Below the pieces are notes generated by a model. The model did not search any database. It was not told where the DNA came from and worked only from the letters and a program-made list of their open reading frames with translations. 64,000 nucleotides of DNA, taken from assembly GCA_000934665.2 (NCBI GenBank), contig JYFJ02001637.1:1-64000 (forward strand). The letters run 5' to 3'. How positions within the stretch are numbered: position 1 is the first letter of the stretch; each line of letters opens with the position of its first letter. Made by a program: the position numbers and the translations under genes. The DNA is from Catajapyx aquilonaris. Lineage: Eukaryota. This document shows, piece by piece, positions 10,201 to 22,500 of this stretch.

Positions 10201-13200
10201 AAGGTTCATGTGACCCGAATGGAAGAACGAATGACGACAATATGCCAAAAGGAAAATGGATTCTACATTGACACTGTGAGGGCTTTTCGTGACCGGAGAT
10301 ACGAATATAAAGGATTGTGCAAACGGGCTAAACGTGAGGTGTCAGATGCTGTTGCAAAGGGCGACGCACTTGAGATCAAGTCAGCACTCAATCGTGAGGT
10401 GTTATACGACTCGCTTCAGCTGGCCCACAAATGCATCCTCAATTCTTTCTATGGGTATGTGATGCGCAAAGGTGCGAGGTGGCACAGCATGGAGATGGCT
10501 GGAATTGTATGCTACACTGGTGCATCCATCATCACCAGTGCCAGGGAGATTGTCGAGAAGGTAGGACGTCCGCTTGAGCTAGACACGGATGGGATCTGGT
10601 GTGTCCTGCCTGCATCCTTTCCGGAGAACTATGTCCTTCGCACCACTGTGCCTGGAAAGGCAAAGGTGACTGTGTCATACCCGAATGCAGTTCTCAATGC
10701 CATGGTGAAGGACAAGTATGCTAACCCGCAGTACCATGAGTTGGTTGATGCTGCAACACTCACATATGAGAAGAGGAGTGAGAATTCGATCTTTTTTGAG
10801 GTTAGTACAGCAAAGTGCACATTGTTATTGATAGTTCTTGCCCTGTAATTCAATAGACAGTTCAAAATATACAGAAACTATTTGCATTATTACAAGTGGA
10901 GATTAGACTTCATTATCTGGCATGTTTGCATCATGTCAAATTGTTGTGTATTGCATTTACCATATTTGATGGGATATAAGACACACCCCCATTTCAGCTG
11001 ATCATAGGAAGGAAAACCTTCATTGTATTTTCGCATATAAGGTGAAGTGCGATTTTTTGATTGACTCTTTGGAAAATAAAGTGCGTCTTATATGCCGTCA
11101 AATCTGGTAAATGTTTTTGGTAAAGTTGCAGCAAGTTGGCCTATTCACTTTTGTTTTATATTATCACATGCTGGTCTTGGAAACTAATAAACGTAAGTCG
11201 ACAGCTGCAATTTAGGTGTACTGGTATTGACAATATTGAGAGCTATTACAAAGCCAATTGTCACTTGTAGGTTGATGGGCCATACCGGGCCATGGTTCTC
11301 CCAGCTGCTAAGGAGGAAGGCAAGAAGCTGAAGAAGCGCTACGCTGTGTTCAACATGGATGGTTCTCTGGCAGAACTGAAGGGGTTTGAGGTGAAGCGTC
11401 GTGGGGAGCTGCAGCTGGTCAAGATCTTCCAGTCGTCCGTGTTCGATGCCTTTTTGCGTGGAGACACCCTTGAAGAATGCTACAGTGCAGTGGCTAAAGT
11501 GGCTGACTACTGGCTGGATGTCCTGTACAGTAGAGGAAGTGGGATGCCTGATTCGGAGCTGTTTGACCTGATCTCAGAGAACAGATCCATGAGTAAGAAG
11601 CTGTCGGAGTATGGAGCGCAGAAATCGACATCTATCAGCACTGCCAAAAGGCTGTCTGAGTTTCTGGGTGACCAGATGGTGAAGGATGCTGGGCTGAGCT
11701 GTCGTTTTATCATCTCGCGCCTTCCTGAAGGATCGCCTGTGACAGAGAGAGCAATCCCATTGGCTATTTTTCATGCAGAACCCAGTGTTCGAAACCATTA
11801 CCTAAGGCGCTGGTTGAAAGATTCCTCAATGACCGAGGAGCAGATGGGAATTCGGACTGTGCTGGATTGGAACTACTACATTGAGCGACTAGGTGGCACC
11901 ATCCAGAAGATTGTGACCATCCCAGCTGCACTGCAGGGTGTGGCCAATCCTGTTCCCAGGGTGGCGCATCCTGATTGGTTGCATAAGCGAATGTTGGAGA
12001 AGAATGACGTCCTACGCCAGAGGAGGATAAATGATATGTTCAAGCCCAAACCAGCTCCAGCGGTTCAAGACAGTGAACCCATGATGGATGTAAGTCGTAA
12101 ATTATTTATTTGAGCCGCAGGGTTAACAGAGATGTAATAGCTGGTCATGACATACCACCTCTGACGTTTCAAGATCAATCCTGTATGGTACCACCGCGAG
12201 CATAAAGATGGAGACGGCAGGCCCTTTTTTGACCTTTCTTTATCCGACTCAAATTAATGAACTCTTTTTGGACCGAGTTAGCTGCATCAGGCATGTGTTC
12301 GTGTATTTATGACAGTATATTTGATACCGTAATAGCTGCAATTGGCAGAGCAGCCTGCCGAAGGTGAGGGCCTGCCGTCTCCATCTTTATGCTCGTGGGT
12401 GTACCTAATGTATGGAAAATGAGAGAACGATCTGACATCATCAAAGAGTTCTCCTATAACATATAATATACTTAGAGAGAGCACTAAGGGGTGAAATGTA
12501 AGGCGGGTAACAATGCAGACAACAATATGGCCATGGTAAAGATGACAGATGCTTGACATTATTGGACTAATTGTCATACAAGTTGTCATTATTGGTTGTT
12601 GTCCCAGTTCCTCGACAACTGTCAGAATACAATATGCCCATAGTAAAGTTGGTGGCTGCCTCAAGCCTTCAGCCTGGCTAATGGGAAAGGATAGGGAGTA
12701 CTTCCTCTTGGTATAATTTTATATTATAGCAGAACTTTTTGGACGTCATCAAGGTTACCATGGAAATACCCTCACAGAACAATATGAGTAAACAGTGTCA
12801 ACAAAAAGCAGCAATGGAAGAAACAATGACGCCAGATCATTCTCTCGTTTTCCGTACATTAGCAAATGGTTCTCTCACGAAGTGAGGAAAAATCCCCCAA
12901 AACATTCATGTGAAGAGATAACTTTGCCTAACAATTTCTCGTTACAGTCTGAAGACCTGCTTCCTGACTCGGAGGATCCTGCTCCTGCCAGAGTGCGTGA
13001 TATTGAAGATGTTCCTGGGGCCAAGAGACCATTGCTAAGTTGGGGCCGAGCTGCACGAGGACGTAAACGTAAGCGTGTACCTTCAGGCTCGTTTCCAAAT
13101 GCAGACATTACTCGTGACTGGAGAGAGGTGTTGGGAGCTCCACCCCGACCTCCAACTTCTCGGGAGGAGATGCTGGCATGGCTGAAATTCCACAAGCTCA

Positions 13201-16200
13201 AATGGGCCTGGCAGCGGAAGCAACGGGAGGCAGGAAGAGCTGCCAATCGGGGAGGGTCAGCTTTGGCAACTGGCAGCAGCAGCAGCAATGCAGTCACAGC
13301 CCCTCAGGCACCCAGACGTGCTGCAGGACCTGCAACCCTGGGCGGTTTCTTGCGACGTGCACAGAGAACTCTGCTGGACACCCCTTGGCACCTTCTGCAA
13401 CTGACACCTACAGGGAAGCCAGGATTGTTTCGACTGTGGGCACTAGTGGGGAGCGACTTGCATTCCATACGATTGGTAGTCCCACGCACATTCTACGTGA
13501 ACCAGCGACACCCTAAGGAAGCAGCGGAAGGTGCGGAAGAAGGGAAGTTGTGGAGGAAGTGCATACGGAGCTTGCCTAGGTCACAGCCTGTTTACAACTT
13601 GTACGAGTACGTTGTACCAGAGGACAAATTTCAGGAGAACAGAAAGTACGTATTTTTCCTGTTGAGCCAAGGTGATGCTCGTTTTGTGATTACTAATTTA
13701 TGTTTTCCTTATTCCCAGCGAGCTCCTTGCTGATCTGGCTACCCCTGACATTGAAGGAATATATGAGACGCAGGTTCCCTTGGACTTTCGGGTCCTTGTC
13801 AAGCTGGGCTGCTTGTGTCAGGTAGACCGCCAGGTAGCCCAGATGCTTGGTTCCAGGGACATTGACACTTTTGAGCTCCAGCACTTGCAGTTCAAGAAGC
13901 TGATTAACTGCACCTACCTCGCCCAGGGATCCATCAAGAACTTGTACCTGTTCCACAGCAGGAGCAATCACAAGGTCATCTTTGGCTTGTTCAACCCTGT
14001 AGGAAAGAAGGGTTCCATCTTTGTAGCGGACACAGTCCGAAGTGACCAAATGCCCAATCTCAACAACATGTACAACACGGAAAGGACTGCTAGGTGAAAC
14101 TTGCTTATACTTAATGCAGTTGAAACGATTTTTAACCTGCTGGTTGCAGTAGCATGTAACAGTTACATGCAATATATCTTCATTTTTAGGATGGCCAATG
14201 CAAAGCCAGGAGAGGGTGTCCCTGAAGCCAACTATGCATTTGAGACTCATTTAGAGACGGACATGCAAGTGGTGTACAGGAAGCTGCAAAGGGTTCTTCA
14301 GGACTACAAGAATGAGAAGAAGGGACCGACTTACATTGCCATTGAGTCGCCATTAGGTAAGTTCACTTTTTGTTTTAATATGAACAGACGACAACTGAGT
14401 TTCGTGGTTATTTTAAGGTAACTTACAGAACATCTGATTAATATGTATTGATTACATTGCAATAGAAGTGTAGTAAAATTACAGGGTCAAAATATATTCG
14501 GATGCACAGGTGCAATTTGCACTCCAAAATTGTTATTTTCACTCCGAAGTGAACCTTGGAGTGCAAACACGGATGAAAATTTTAACATTTGATCCCGAAA
14601 ATTATGAATATTTTTGCATGATGAAAATTTGTAAAAGCTTTGTAACCTTGTACCAGTTTGAATAACTGGTAATTGACATGTTCTGATCTTTCTCCTGCCA
14701 GACTCGGCCACTTTGACATCCTTCATGCCTGGCATGGCTGAATTTCCCCTGGTGTCGATCCATACTGCTGCATCTTCCGAAGCCAACCCCCTCACATTCA
14801 TGGACTGGCAAAGGCGAGGTTCACGCTCCATGATCCGTTCCTTCCTGGAATCAGACTCCCGCCTGGAACTAATGCGAGAGCAGTGCAGCTACCTCCACAT
14901 ACCCATAGGAAACCTCCCTCGTGATGTGACCCTGTTTGGTGCCGACCTCTTTTATTCACGTCATCTCCAGGCGTCCAACTTTGTCCTCTGGTGTTCTCCT
15001 GGAGAGCGTCCAGATTTGGGAGGAAAGGAAGCAGATGACAGCAGGCTTCTAACAGAGACTGAAGACGTCTCTGGTGTGGCCATCAATTCGCAAGGGTGTT
15101 ACTCTGGTGGAATATGTGTCGACCTGGAGGTAGACGGCCTTGCAGTTAGTGCACTGTTGCAGGCACCGCATGTGCATGATGCTGAGGGTACAAGTTCGTC
15201 TGTTGCGTTTGATACCATACCACAAGCTTCACTGGAAGACATGATGGTTGGTGGAGGACTAGGCCTGGCATCTTATGATGAAGCAGCACTGTGCAGTCAA
15301 GCACTTCGGGTCCTTCGCAACATGGTGAACTCTTGGGTTCGGGATGTGTCATTTCATCGCAACGTATTTGCTGACTTCCAGATAATTCACATGTACCGAT
15401 GGCTTAGGTCTCCATCTTCGCTGTTGTATGACCCAGCCTTGAGGAAGACATTGCATGGCCTCATGAAGAAGTATTTTGCACAGTTGATAGCAGAACTGAA
15501 GCGGTTGGGCTCGGTGGTGGTGTATGCCGACTTCGGAAAGGTGATCTTGTGCACCAGGAAGCAGAGGGTGGAAGATGCTCTCTCCTATGTGGAGTTCGTT
15601 GTGTCCAATGTACAAAATAAGGAGCTGTTTCACAGCTTAGCCATCTCGTACCAACAGTGCTGGGAATTCCTCATGTGGCTGGATGCGGTAAGTCCTTAAA
15701 TTCTGATATGAATGGCTATTCCATGATAATGTTCAAGTGAAGAGAGTATTAAGATGATGCAATACCACCCTTCGTAAAGCCTACAAAATGCAAAATATAC
15801 CAAATTGAATTTTCACAGCATTTGACAACAATTATTTAATTATTAATTACTGAGGGTGAGTAATTAATTACTGTACTCAAGTTTTTAAATTACCTGAGGC
15901 TTGCACATTTTTTTGGCAAATGTCTCTTGTCAGAGATGCCAATTTAAGTCAGAGCAGGTTGGTTGATGGCCCTCTCTGCCATTTTAACTTTCACTCACTT
16001 AATTTTGCAGTCAAATTATGGTGGTGTACGAGGCAAGGTGGCTGGACAGGACACTGAGGACTCAGAAAACCCAGATGACGACAGCCCAGAGATCGAGATG
16101 TGCTGGAACCTGAATCACTACCTCCCTGAGGCAGGAAATGTGCAAGATAATTTCAGCCTGGTGGTGGCAGGCTACATGAGTGCTGTCCACCGCAACCAGC

Positions 16201-17493
16201 AGGAAGAGATGGGCCTGCTGACCCCAGGACACACTCCCATCAAGCCAAAGTTTGGAGGAGCCAGCCAGAATGAGAAGGTTGCCCCAAAGACACAAACAGT
16301 CGCGTTCTCCAAGGATTTGGTATTGGGAGAGCTTGCACAGAAAATGTTCATGTAAGTAATTCCACACATCCTACTACAGGTTGCTACATATGGGTTAATT
16401 CTTGAATACTCTGCGTTATTTCCCAGGATGACGCAGAAGATTCAGAAGCGCCTTCCTGGAGCCATAGCACCAGACGGTTCCCATGTGTTTCCTCAAGTCC
16501 CCGGCATGCGACGCAGGCTGACCAATCCAGCCCTAGAGTTCGTAAAGGCAGTTTGCAAGGTGCTGTTGTTAGATGAGACCGTAGAAGAGGAGGTTCTTCG
16601 CCTAAGGCGCAATTTGCTTCGGCTTTTGGGAGTGGGTGAATTTGGAGACGAAGCAGAATGGAAAGATCCATGCTTGTCCTTCACCCTTCCTGAGGTCATC
16701 TGCAGATCTTGCAGTCACTGCAGGGACATTGACCTCTGTCGTGATCCATGTTTGGCAGAGGAGGATGGAATGTGAGTGTGCCTTTTCATATCATATTTGT
16801 TTATGATCAGACCTATTATGCTGATTTAATAATTTTGACAGTACCGTACTATTTAATTTTTTTGTCTAAATCATATTGATGTTTCAGTGTTAGGCCTAAT
16901 TACTTATTCAGTGAGCAGATTAATTTGTAACCTGCAAGTCACATAGTCACAATATCAAAGCATAGTAACATGCTGTATTGAAAACTTTGGCCGACTATTG
17001 CAGAATTTAGTTGACGAATCTTGGCACTCGCACTCTGCAGAAAACCTTTCCTAGTCGTAGCCAACACCAGAATGCAACACTGCAAAGCAAAGAAGGGAAT
17101 TTGCAACCTCTAAAGTGGCAACCTGAAGCCATTTGCAGTTGCTTCATTTTGACGATACCTTTCAGACCTGTTTGGCAGTGCTCGGCATGCAGAACCAATT
17201 ACAAGACTGCAGAAATAGAACAGCTGCTGATGGATGTGGTCCACCGGAAGATGATGGGTTGTTTCCTTCAGGATCTGCAATGTATGAAGTGCTCGCAGAT
17301 CAAAATGGATAACATGTCCATCTACTGCACATGTGCTGGCAACTACAAGACGCTGGTGGACTCTAAAGAAATTATCGAGCTTCTGAAGACATTCCGGAGT
17401 GTGGCAGACCATTTCAAAATGCCCTTGCTGTTTGACACCACCACCTGGTTACTGCAGCAAAATGCTCCTGATGCACATACCAGTTCCAAGTGA
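7252..17493 (+). CDS. POLE: DNA polymerase epsilon catalytic subunit A, 2287 aa
   Basis: Exons 7252-7658, 8403-10800, 11271-12089, 12948-13645, 13719-14093, 14190-14356, 14702-15687, 16011-16351, 16427-16771 and 17166-17493 (6864 nt in total; all introns GT..AG; phases consistent). Exonuclease motifs [20 protein letters not shown] and YSVSDA. Family-B polymerase motifs [22 protein letters not shown] and LELDTDGIW. CysX Fe-S motif CAACDFN...C...ICQKEN. C-terminal CysA (CRSC...CSAC) and CysB (CMKC...CTC). Confidence 0.98.
7772..8376 (+). mobile_element. Helitron-like element with four tandem copies of its 5' end, in POLE intron 1
   Basis: Starts A|TC. About 80-90-bp units containing TAATAAAGCAGAAAGTTTG..TATGTCC..CTAACCCACTTTTGGACTGCTGAGA repeat 4 times (7772-8090), then AAACTCGGCACAC. 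A degenerate 3' hairpin (GGTACAGCACCGG..TTAGCAG) lies near 8355-8376; the 3' boundary is uncertain. Confidence 0.5.
11023..11109. mobile_element. pogo/Tigger-like MITE remnant in POLE intron 2
   Basis: Imperfect inverted ends GTATTTTCGCATATAAG ... CTTATATGCCGTCAAATCTGGTA. Confidence 0.3.
12189..12403. mobile_element. MITE with ~35-bp TIRs and TA flanks, in POLE intron 3
   Basis: TACCACCGCGAGCATAAAGATGGAGACGGCAGGCCCT is inverted relative to AGGGCCTGCCGTCTCCATCTTTATGCTCGTGGGTGTA. Confidence 0.7.
12405..12862. mobile_element. Second TIR element (458 bp, 37-bp TIRs) abutting the first, in POLE intron 3
   Basis: CTAATGTATGGAAAATGAGAGAACGATCTGACATCAT (12405-12441) is inverted relative to ATGACGCCAGATCATTCTCTCGTTTTCCGTACATTAG (12826-12862). 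The mismatches are CpG-type transitions. No clear TSD. Confidence 0.65.
14480..14652. mobile_element. Possible decayed MITE in POLE intron 6
   Basis: Ends TACAGGGT...AACCTTGTA, with an internal inverted pair TTTGCACTCCAA / TTGGAGTGCAAA. Confidence 0.3.
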
Positions 17494-17569
17494 ATTACAC
17501 TTCAACTGCGGAAATCATTGTGTAGGTTATTTATGCTGCATTTGTTTTAATTACTTCTGTCCTCAAGCA

Positions 17570-17622
17570 AATAAATGCATTTTGTATTATTTTATTTTAT
17601 TTTATTTTATATTATTTTATAT
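17570..17622. terminator. Polyadenylation signal region: AATAAA for POLE (+) next to (TATTT)n, which reads as repeated AATAAA on (-)
   Basis: AATAAA at 17570-17575, ~77 nt after the POLE stop, followed by a TTTTA repeat at ~17590-17622. Confidence 0.45.
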
Positions 17623-18223
17623 TGCATTTGAAATACACAATCAACAAGCCATTGCAAAATGGAATTATGTTCATGTTAGCTTCACTGTCATGTTCAATGT
17701 TAACTTCAATGTAACATTTTCCTCACAACTAGGGTCTGGTCATACCTGGTGTCACCCCATAATGTTAGTTATCCCAGCATTTCCAGCCAACCAACTGACC
17801 ACAAACTGGTGAGATCTTCATGGAGCATGCCACATCGAGACGGCCAAATTGGTGAGTGACCAGTGTAATTATTTCTTACATAGGGGCATACACGCAGATG
17901 GCTACAATTGCCATTGGGCTGTCACGTTAGTGGGCAAGGCAGTACTGAAGCTCTACATTATTGCATTTGTCAAATTACAGGCAGTTTGCTTAGGGCATGC
18001 TGAAAGTATGGGCTGAATGCATGCTTCTCTGTATGAAGAGGGCTTGTGGGAACATAATTGGATTTATTCCAAAAAACTATTCTGGTCTCCTCTAGCAATA
18101 ACCACAATATTTGAAAATATTCGCAAGAACCTAATTGACGCAAGCAACCGGGTTGGCTCCAAATTCTCCTGTACTGAAGGTCACACTTCAGAGTGACCTA
18201 CACCATGCCTCTCTCAATATTAT

Positions 18224-19056
18224 TCATGTTATACTTTCGCATCCAACATGTGGTAGAGTTTGGTAGTATGAACCAGTGACGAGGAAGAAATACGTATAGA
18301 AAGTGGACACCTCCAGGAAGGTGAAGCAATTTGACATTCTGAATCCACCAGAGGCCCACGAAAAAGTAAATATCATGAAGAAAAGAATGACATTCAGGAC
18401 GTGAAGCAGAATGAATGGGATCAATGGTTTTGTCCGGTTCTGGAAAGACAAACGGGAACGTGTCATTTTGAAATCCATACACAGGGTGAGACATCTCCCA
18501 GATTGCAGTGAAAGTGTGGGTGGAAATTACCACATGCTTGACCCCTTTATTGGCATTATTTCTTAATTAATTATTTTATACACCAATTATCACCTGGCAG
18601 CTTGCAGCTTCCTCCTACTCCTCCAGTGCAATCTTTAATTGAATTCCCTGCTGTACTTACCTTCAAAATTCCGATCAGTGCGCTGAGAGAAGCCCCAAAA
18701 GAAAAGGTCAAATAGATGCATAGAGACACAAGAATCCAAAGGTATGCTAAAATAGAGCGTAATAATGTAGAGCATTACTTTTCATTGGCCACCAGTTGCT
18801 TCAAAGATTTTTCAATAATATATACCTTGATAATATAATAACGTAAAAACTTACTCGAACTGGATTGAATCACATCGTCATGGTCCACCAGCAAAGAAAT
18901 GCATGTTTTGATGCCCCAGTACGACGTGCACTGTAATATGTCAATATTACCTCCCAGCTTGTATTTTCAACATGCAGGTCTTACCAGATTGAATATCCCG
19001 TCGAATATGGTTCCCAATCTCAGGGAGAAAAATCCGAGGCATGTCTTTAGGAACAT
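18224..19056 (-). CDS. Small four-transmembrane protein, DUF4728/LAPTM-like, 149 aa
   Basis: Exons 19056-18985 (MFLKTCLGFFSLRLGTIFDGIFNL), 18930-18855 (CTSYWGIKTCISLLVDHDDVIQSSS), 18746-18661 (TYLWILVSLCIYLTFSFGASLSALIGILK) and 18439-18224 (NRTKPLIPFILLHVLNV...YTYFFLVTGSYYQTL...). All three donors are GTAAG, acceptors are pyrimidine-rich, and phases are consistent. The pattern (N-terminal C..F.SLR.GT, LIG..K...L.P, C-terminal Y.F.V..SYY..L) resembles arthropod DUF4728/LAPTM-type proteins. Confidence 0.75.
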
Positions 19057-19504
19057 GGTCCGGTTTGAATGTATAGGAGCAGACAGCTGGTTGGGGATCT
19101 GGCAGGACGTCACTGATGTAACAAGGCGGCCTTGACTCGACCACGCGGGATATTATTTTTGGCCAGCCATAACTACTCTGCCAGCGGGGGAATGTTACGC
19201 AATGTGTGTTTTGCAGGAAACCGCTAACCATGCTCCATTAACCAATACTCAAAGATGTACTGTATACGTAATTATAGTATCGTAATGAAATAATGCAGTA
19301 AATATATTTTTTAAAACCCTCTCTGAGGATATAGGAGGTGGAGGATATTAGATAGAAAATATCTCGCACTTCCCGACGTCGTAGCTGGTCGGGAGATGGC
19401 TCGTTGGAAAGCTCTCGTCGACAATTGGGAACCGAAAAATCCTCAGAATTGCAAATTTCCCAGCCGTTTTCGAGATGTGACAAAAATAAGACTTCGCATT
19501 TCGT

Positions 19505-19595
19505 AGTAGAACGCGGGCCAATGGGGAGGTGGCTGTAACAAATGCGGCGGACCAATCAGAGGGCTCGGTCAAACACCGCATTTTAATATGATAGA
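19505..19595 (-). mobile_element. Helitron-like dispersed repeat, copy 1 (5' part)
   Basis: Shares GTAGAACGCGGGCCAAT...ATGCGG..GACCAATCAGAGGGC...TTTTAATAT.ATAGA with 34676-34800 and, inverted, with 52107-52206. The minus strand begins A|TCTATCATATTAAAA. Confidence 0.6.
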
Positions 19596-22500
19596 TGCTG
19601 ATGTGGTGAACAATAATTTGTAATGCACCATAGTAGTTTACGGAATGTGAAGATATGTAGATCTATTAGTTTTACTCTGATTAAAATGACAATGTAACAT
19701 GAGCAAATATGACTAACCACATACTGATGATAAGACACACAGGAGAAGCAGCGTCTTCCACGACATTCTGGCAGATAAAAGGTGGCCTATTATTTCACTT
19801 TGTCCATTGTGTCACTCTGCCATTGTTATATAATTCGAGTAAAAATATTGGACGCAATCGTCTTCATCCAAGGATAATGAGATGACTAATGCATTGTTAT
19901 CAAAATTCTTGGACTAATGGCTTGAATGCCATTGTCCCATCAACTTTTGCAAGACGCTTTATGAAACTGACAATGACGTCAAAAAATAAAGCGCACTTAA
20001 TTGGGCAGCATTGCACAAGAAGGGCTTGCGGGCAAGGATGCGAATGACAATTGAAATTATTTTTTTCCATTACTTTTGCAATTGTTAGACTTGAACAATA
20101 CACCACCCTGTGACTTATATCCTTTGTATCACTTTTGTCTATTGATCCACATAATTGCTCACTATACCATTTGCTATAATTGAAATAAAATCCGGAACCT
20201 AATCGCATGGAAGCGCTACTCATTATTTTACAAATACGACTTGATTAGCCTCTGTTATGCGGTGGCTAATGTATTGTTAGCCCAATCGTCCCATATTATT
20301 GGCATTAGTAACGGCTGGAATAGAAATTATCGTTGTAAGCTTTTTGCAATCAAATTACCGGGCCATTGTTCGATGAGTGTAACCCACTCTCCGAAAATTT
20401 ATACAGTTTATAGTGTGCAACAATTGAGGTGTCCATTTCGGTTAGCTATTTTTCACACTTGCACTTGAATGCTACTTTCTAACAATTACATTTCAGTGCA
20501 AGATATTAGCTTAGACATTGCAAGTTAGTAATATATTCCTTAATTTCTCATATAGTATTCGCCAATAATTTTTTTTGATAAATTAGCTGCTTAATTAGCG
20601 TAGTGCAGAAATTACTGAAACTGACTCCTCGATATTAGGACACTGTTTGTTATGAATGTTGTGAACATTGTATAAAAAAGTAGTTTGCAAATTCCAATAT
20701 TTCTCCGTACATTATTGTTCCCTCTTCACATTATAAAACCGCAGTTCAACGTTCAAAGAATAGGAAACTTAGTAATAAAAAAAAAGGCCAGAGAGCTAGT
20801 CCGGGCAACCCCGAAAGGCTCTTGGCCGGAGCCAAAACTTGCTACTCTTTTTCATTAAACGGTAGAGAAGATGACTTTCAAATTGAATTTGGCCGTCTGG
20901 AAGAAAACTCCTGTTCCTGTGGAAGTCGTAGGTGTAATCCGCGAGGCGGAAGCTCTCAACTTTTGACATTCCCACCAACTAGCTAGCTGGCTTCCATCAG
21001 GTGGATTGAAGGAAAGGAAAGGAACGAACCTTTTAAAAAAGAAGGAAGGAAGGAAGAGGAATGAAAGAGAGAGTGAAGGAAAAGGAGTCACAAGTTTCAC
21101 CAGGTGCAGAACGCAGACACTTTTTGGACCAATTTTTGCCAAATTGTGAACTTTTTACATATAATAAACTGTGGACTCTCTGCATCACCCTGTACGTGGC
21201 ATATGCCCAATCGGCCCAGTTCTGAAGTAAAAATAATGGCATATCTATAAATGTCTCATACCGATATGATGAAAAGAGACGTAAATCTCTGGAGACATTA
21301 ATACTGGGCAGTAATGTGACATGCCTGCTTGTCGGAGGTCCAGAATTTGGCACCTCTGGAATCTGGGGAGGATGGACGTGATTTGCGAGACCTTCTCCAG
21401 ACAGTTATGATCCGAAAGGGAGAGAGAAAAAAAGAGGAGTGGCTTTGCTTCCAGGGGGAAGACTAGGTTTCCCTAGTACCCCCCAGGAAAAGCTGGAGAG
21501 AGAGAGAGAAAAAAAAAATGTTGTGGAAAACGAGCATCGTGGGAATTCCTCTCCTTGTTCCTTGTAAATCCTACTCCTCATTGATCCCCCGCGGGTTATG
21601 GAAAGCACGGACCTAAGCTCTGATCTTAATTCAGACATTGTCAGGATCTGGAGAGAAAGCACTAGGGAACTGGTGACTTCTCTTCATATATATTTTTTCA
21701 GAAAAAAAAAAGTATGGTCACTCCCACTCTTATCGCATTGATATTACCAGGATCGCCACAGCAGCGCCGAAGCGGAAACCCCTGTCCCTAAACGGGTACA
21801 GCTAACGGCATAAGGCTGAGAAGTTCCTTTATCGTTGAGGAATTTTGATGGAATGCCACAACTTAATTAGTTGGTTCTTCTCAAATTATATATTTTTAAA
21901 AAGTGATGAAATTTGTGGGAAGCGTTTATTGCCAACTTGTGTAGCATATTGTCTTATTATAGCGGTATTGGCAAGCATCTAGTCTCTAGTGCATGTTCGT
22001 TGCTTAGCTTTTGTCTGGCCTATGGGAAAACTGGGTTGGGTTTTTGGGGGTTGGGTGGAAAAGTGGGTGGTCCAAAATTCCATGCAGCTGCCTGAGGGAT
22101 ATCAAAGTCTGTCGGAACAATTCGGCTCATCCCTGGCGCTGCCTCCACTTTTATTGCTTTTGCGCCGCTGTAATAACAGTTTAAATTAACAACGATGAAA
22201 TGGCAGGTTTATCCGCGGTGCCTCGCTTCCGGGTGCCGATTTAATTTATTCCTTTTTGATGGTTTCACGCAACAGGTTTTTGGGCCTCATATGGAGGAAA
22301 GGCCCGGGTTTTTTTTCTCGCTGTTTTTGTTCCGCATTCCCCAGGACCAATCTCTCTTTTTTTTTGGAGGGAGCTCTTTCCCAGCGGTCTCTTTTTCTGA
22401 AATTCCGATTTCAATTAAAAAACAAGCCCGTGAAGTTGTAAAAGCTGACATTTGGTGTTGGCTTAGTGCACTAGGATATATGATAGTGAGGGTTGGCTTA

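Noticed and set aside
8416..17493. POLE as a fragmented pseudogene, an intein-containing gene or a proofreading-dead variant
   Set aside because: All ORF breaks correspond to canonical introns. The total of 2287 aa is normal length. Exonuclease, polymerase and Cys motifs are intact, including the positions equivalent to the human hotspots P286, V411, L424 and S459.
18947..19231. 94-aa minus-strand ORF (MVSGFLQ...)
   Set aside because: It is a different frame from the one that splices productively. Using the GTAAG donor in this frame hits a stop in the next exon, while the MFLKTC frame stays open through four exons.
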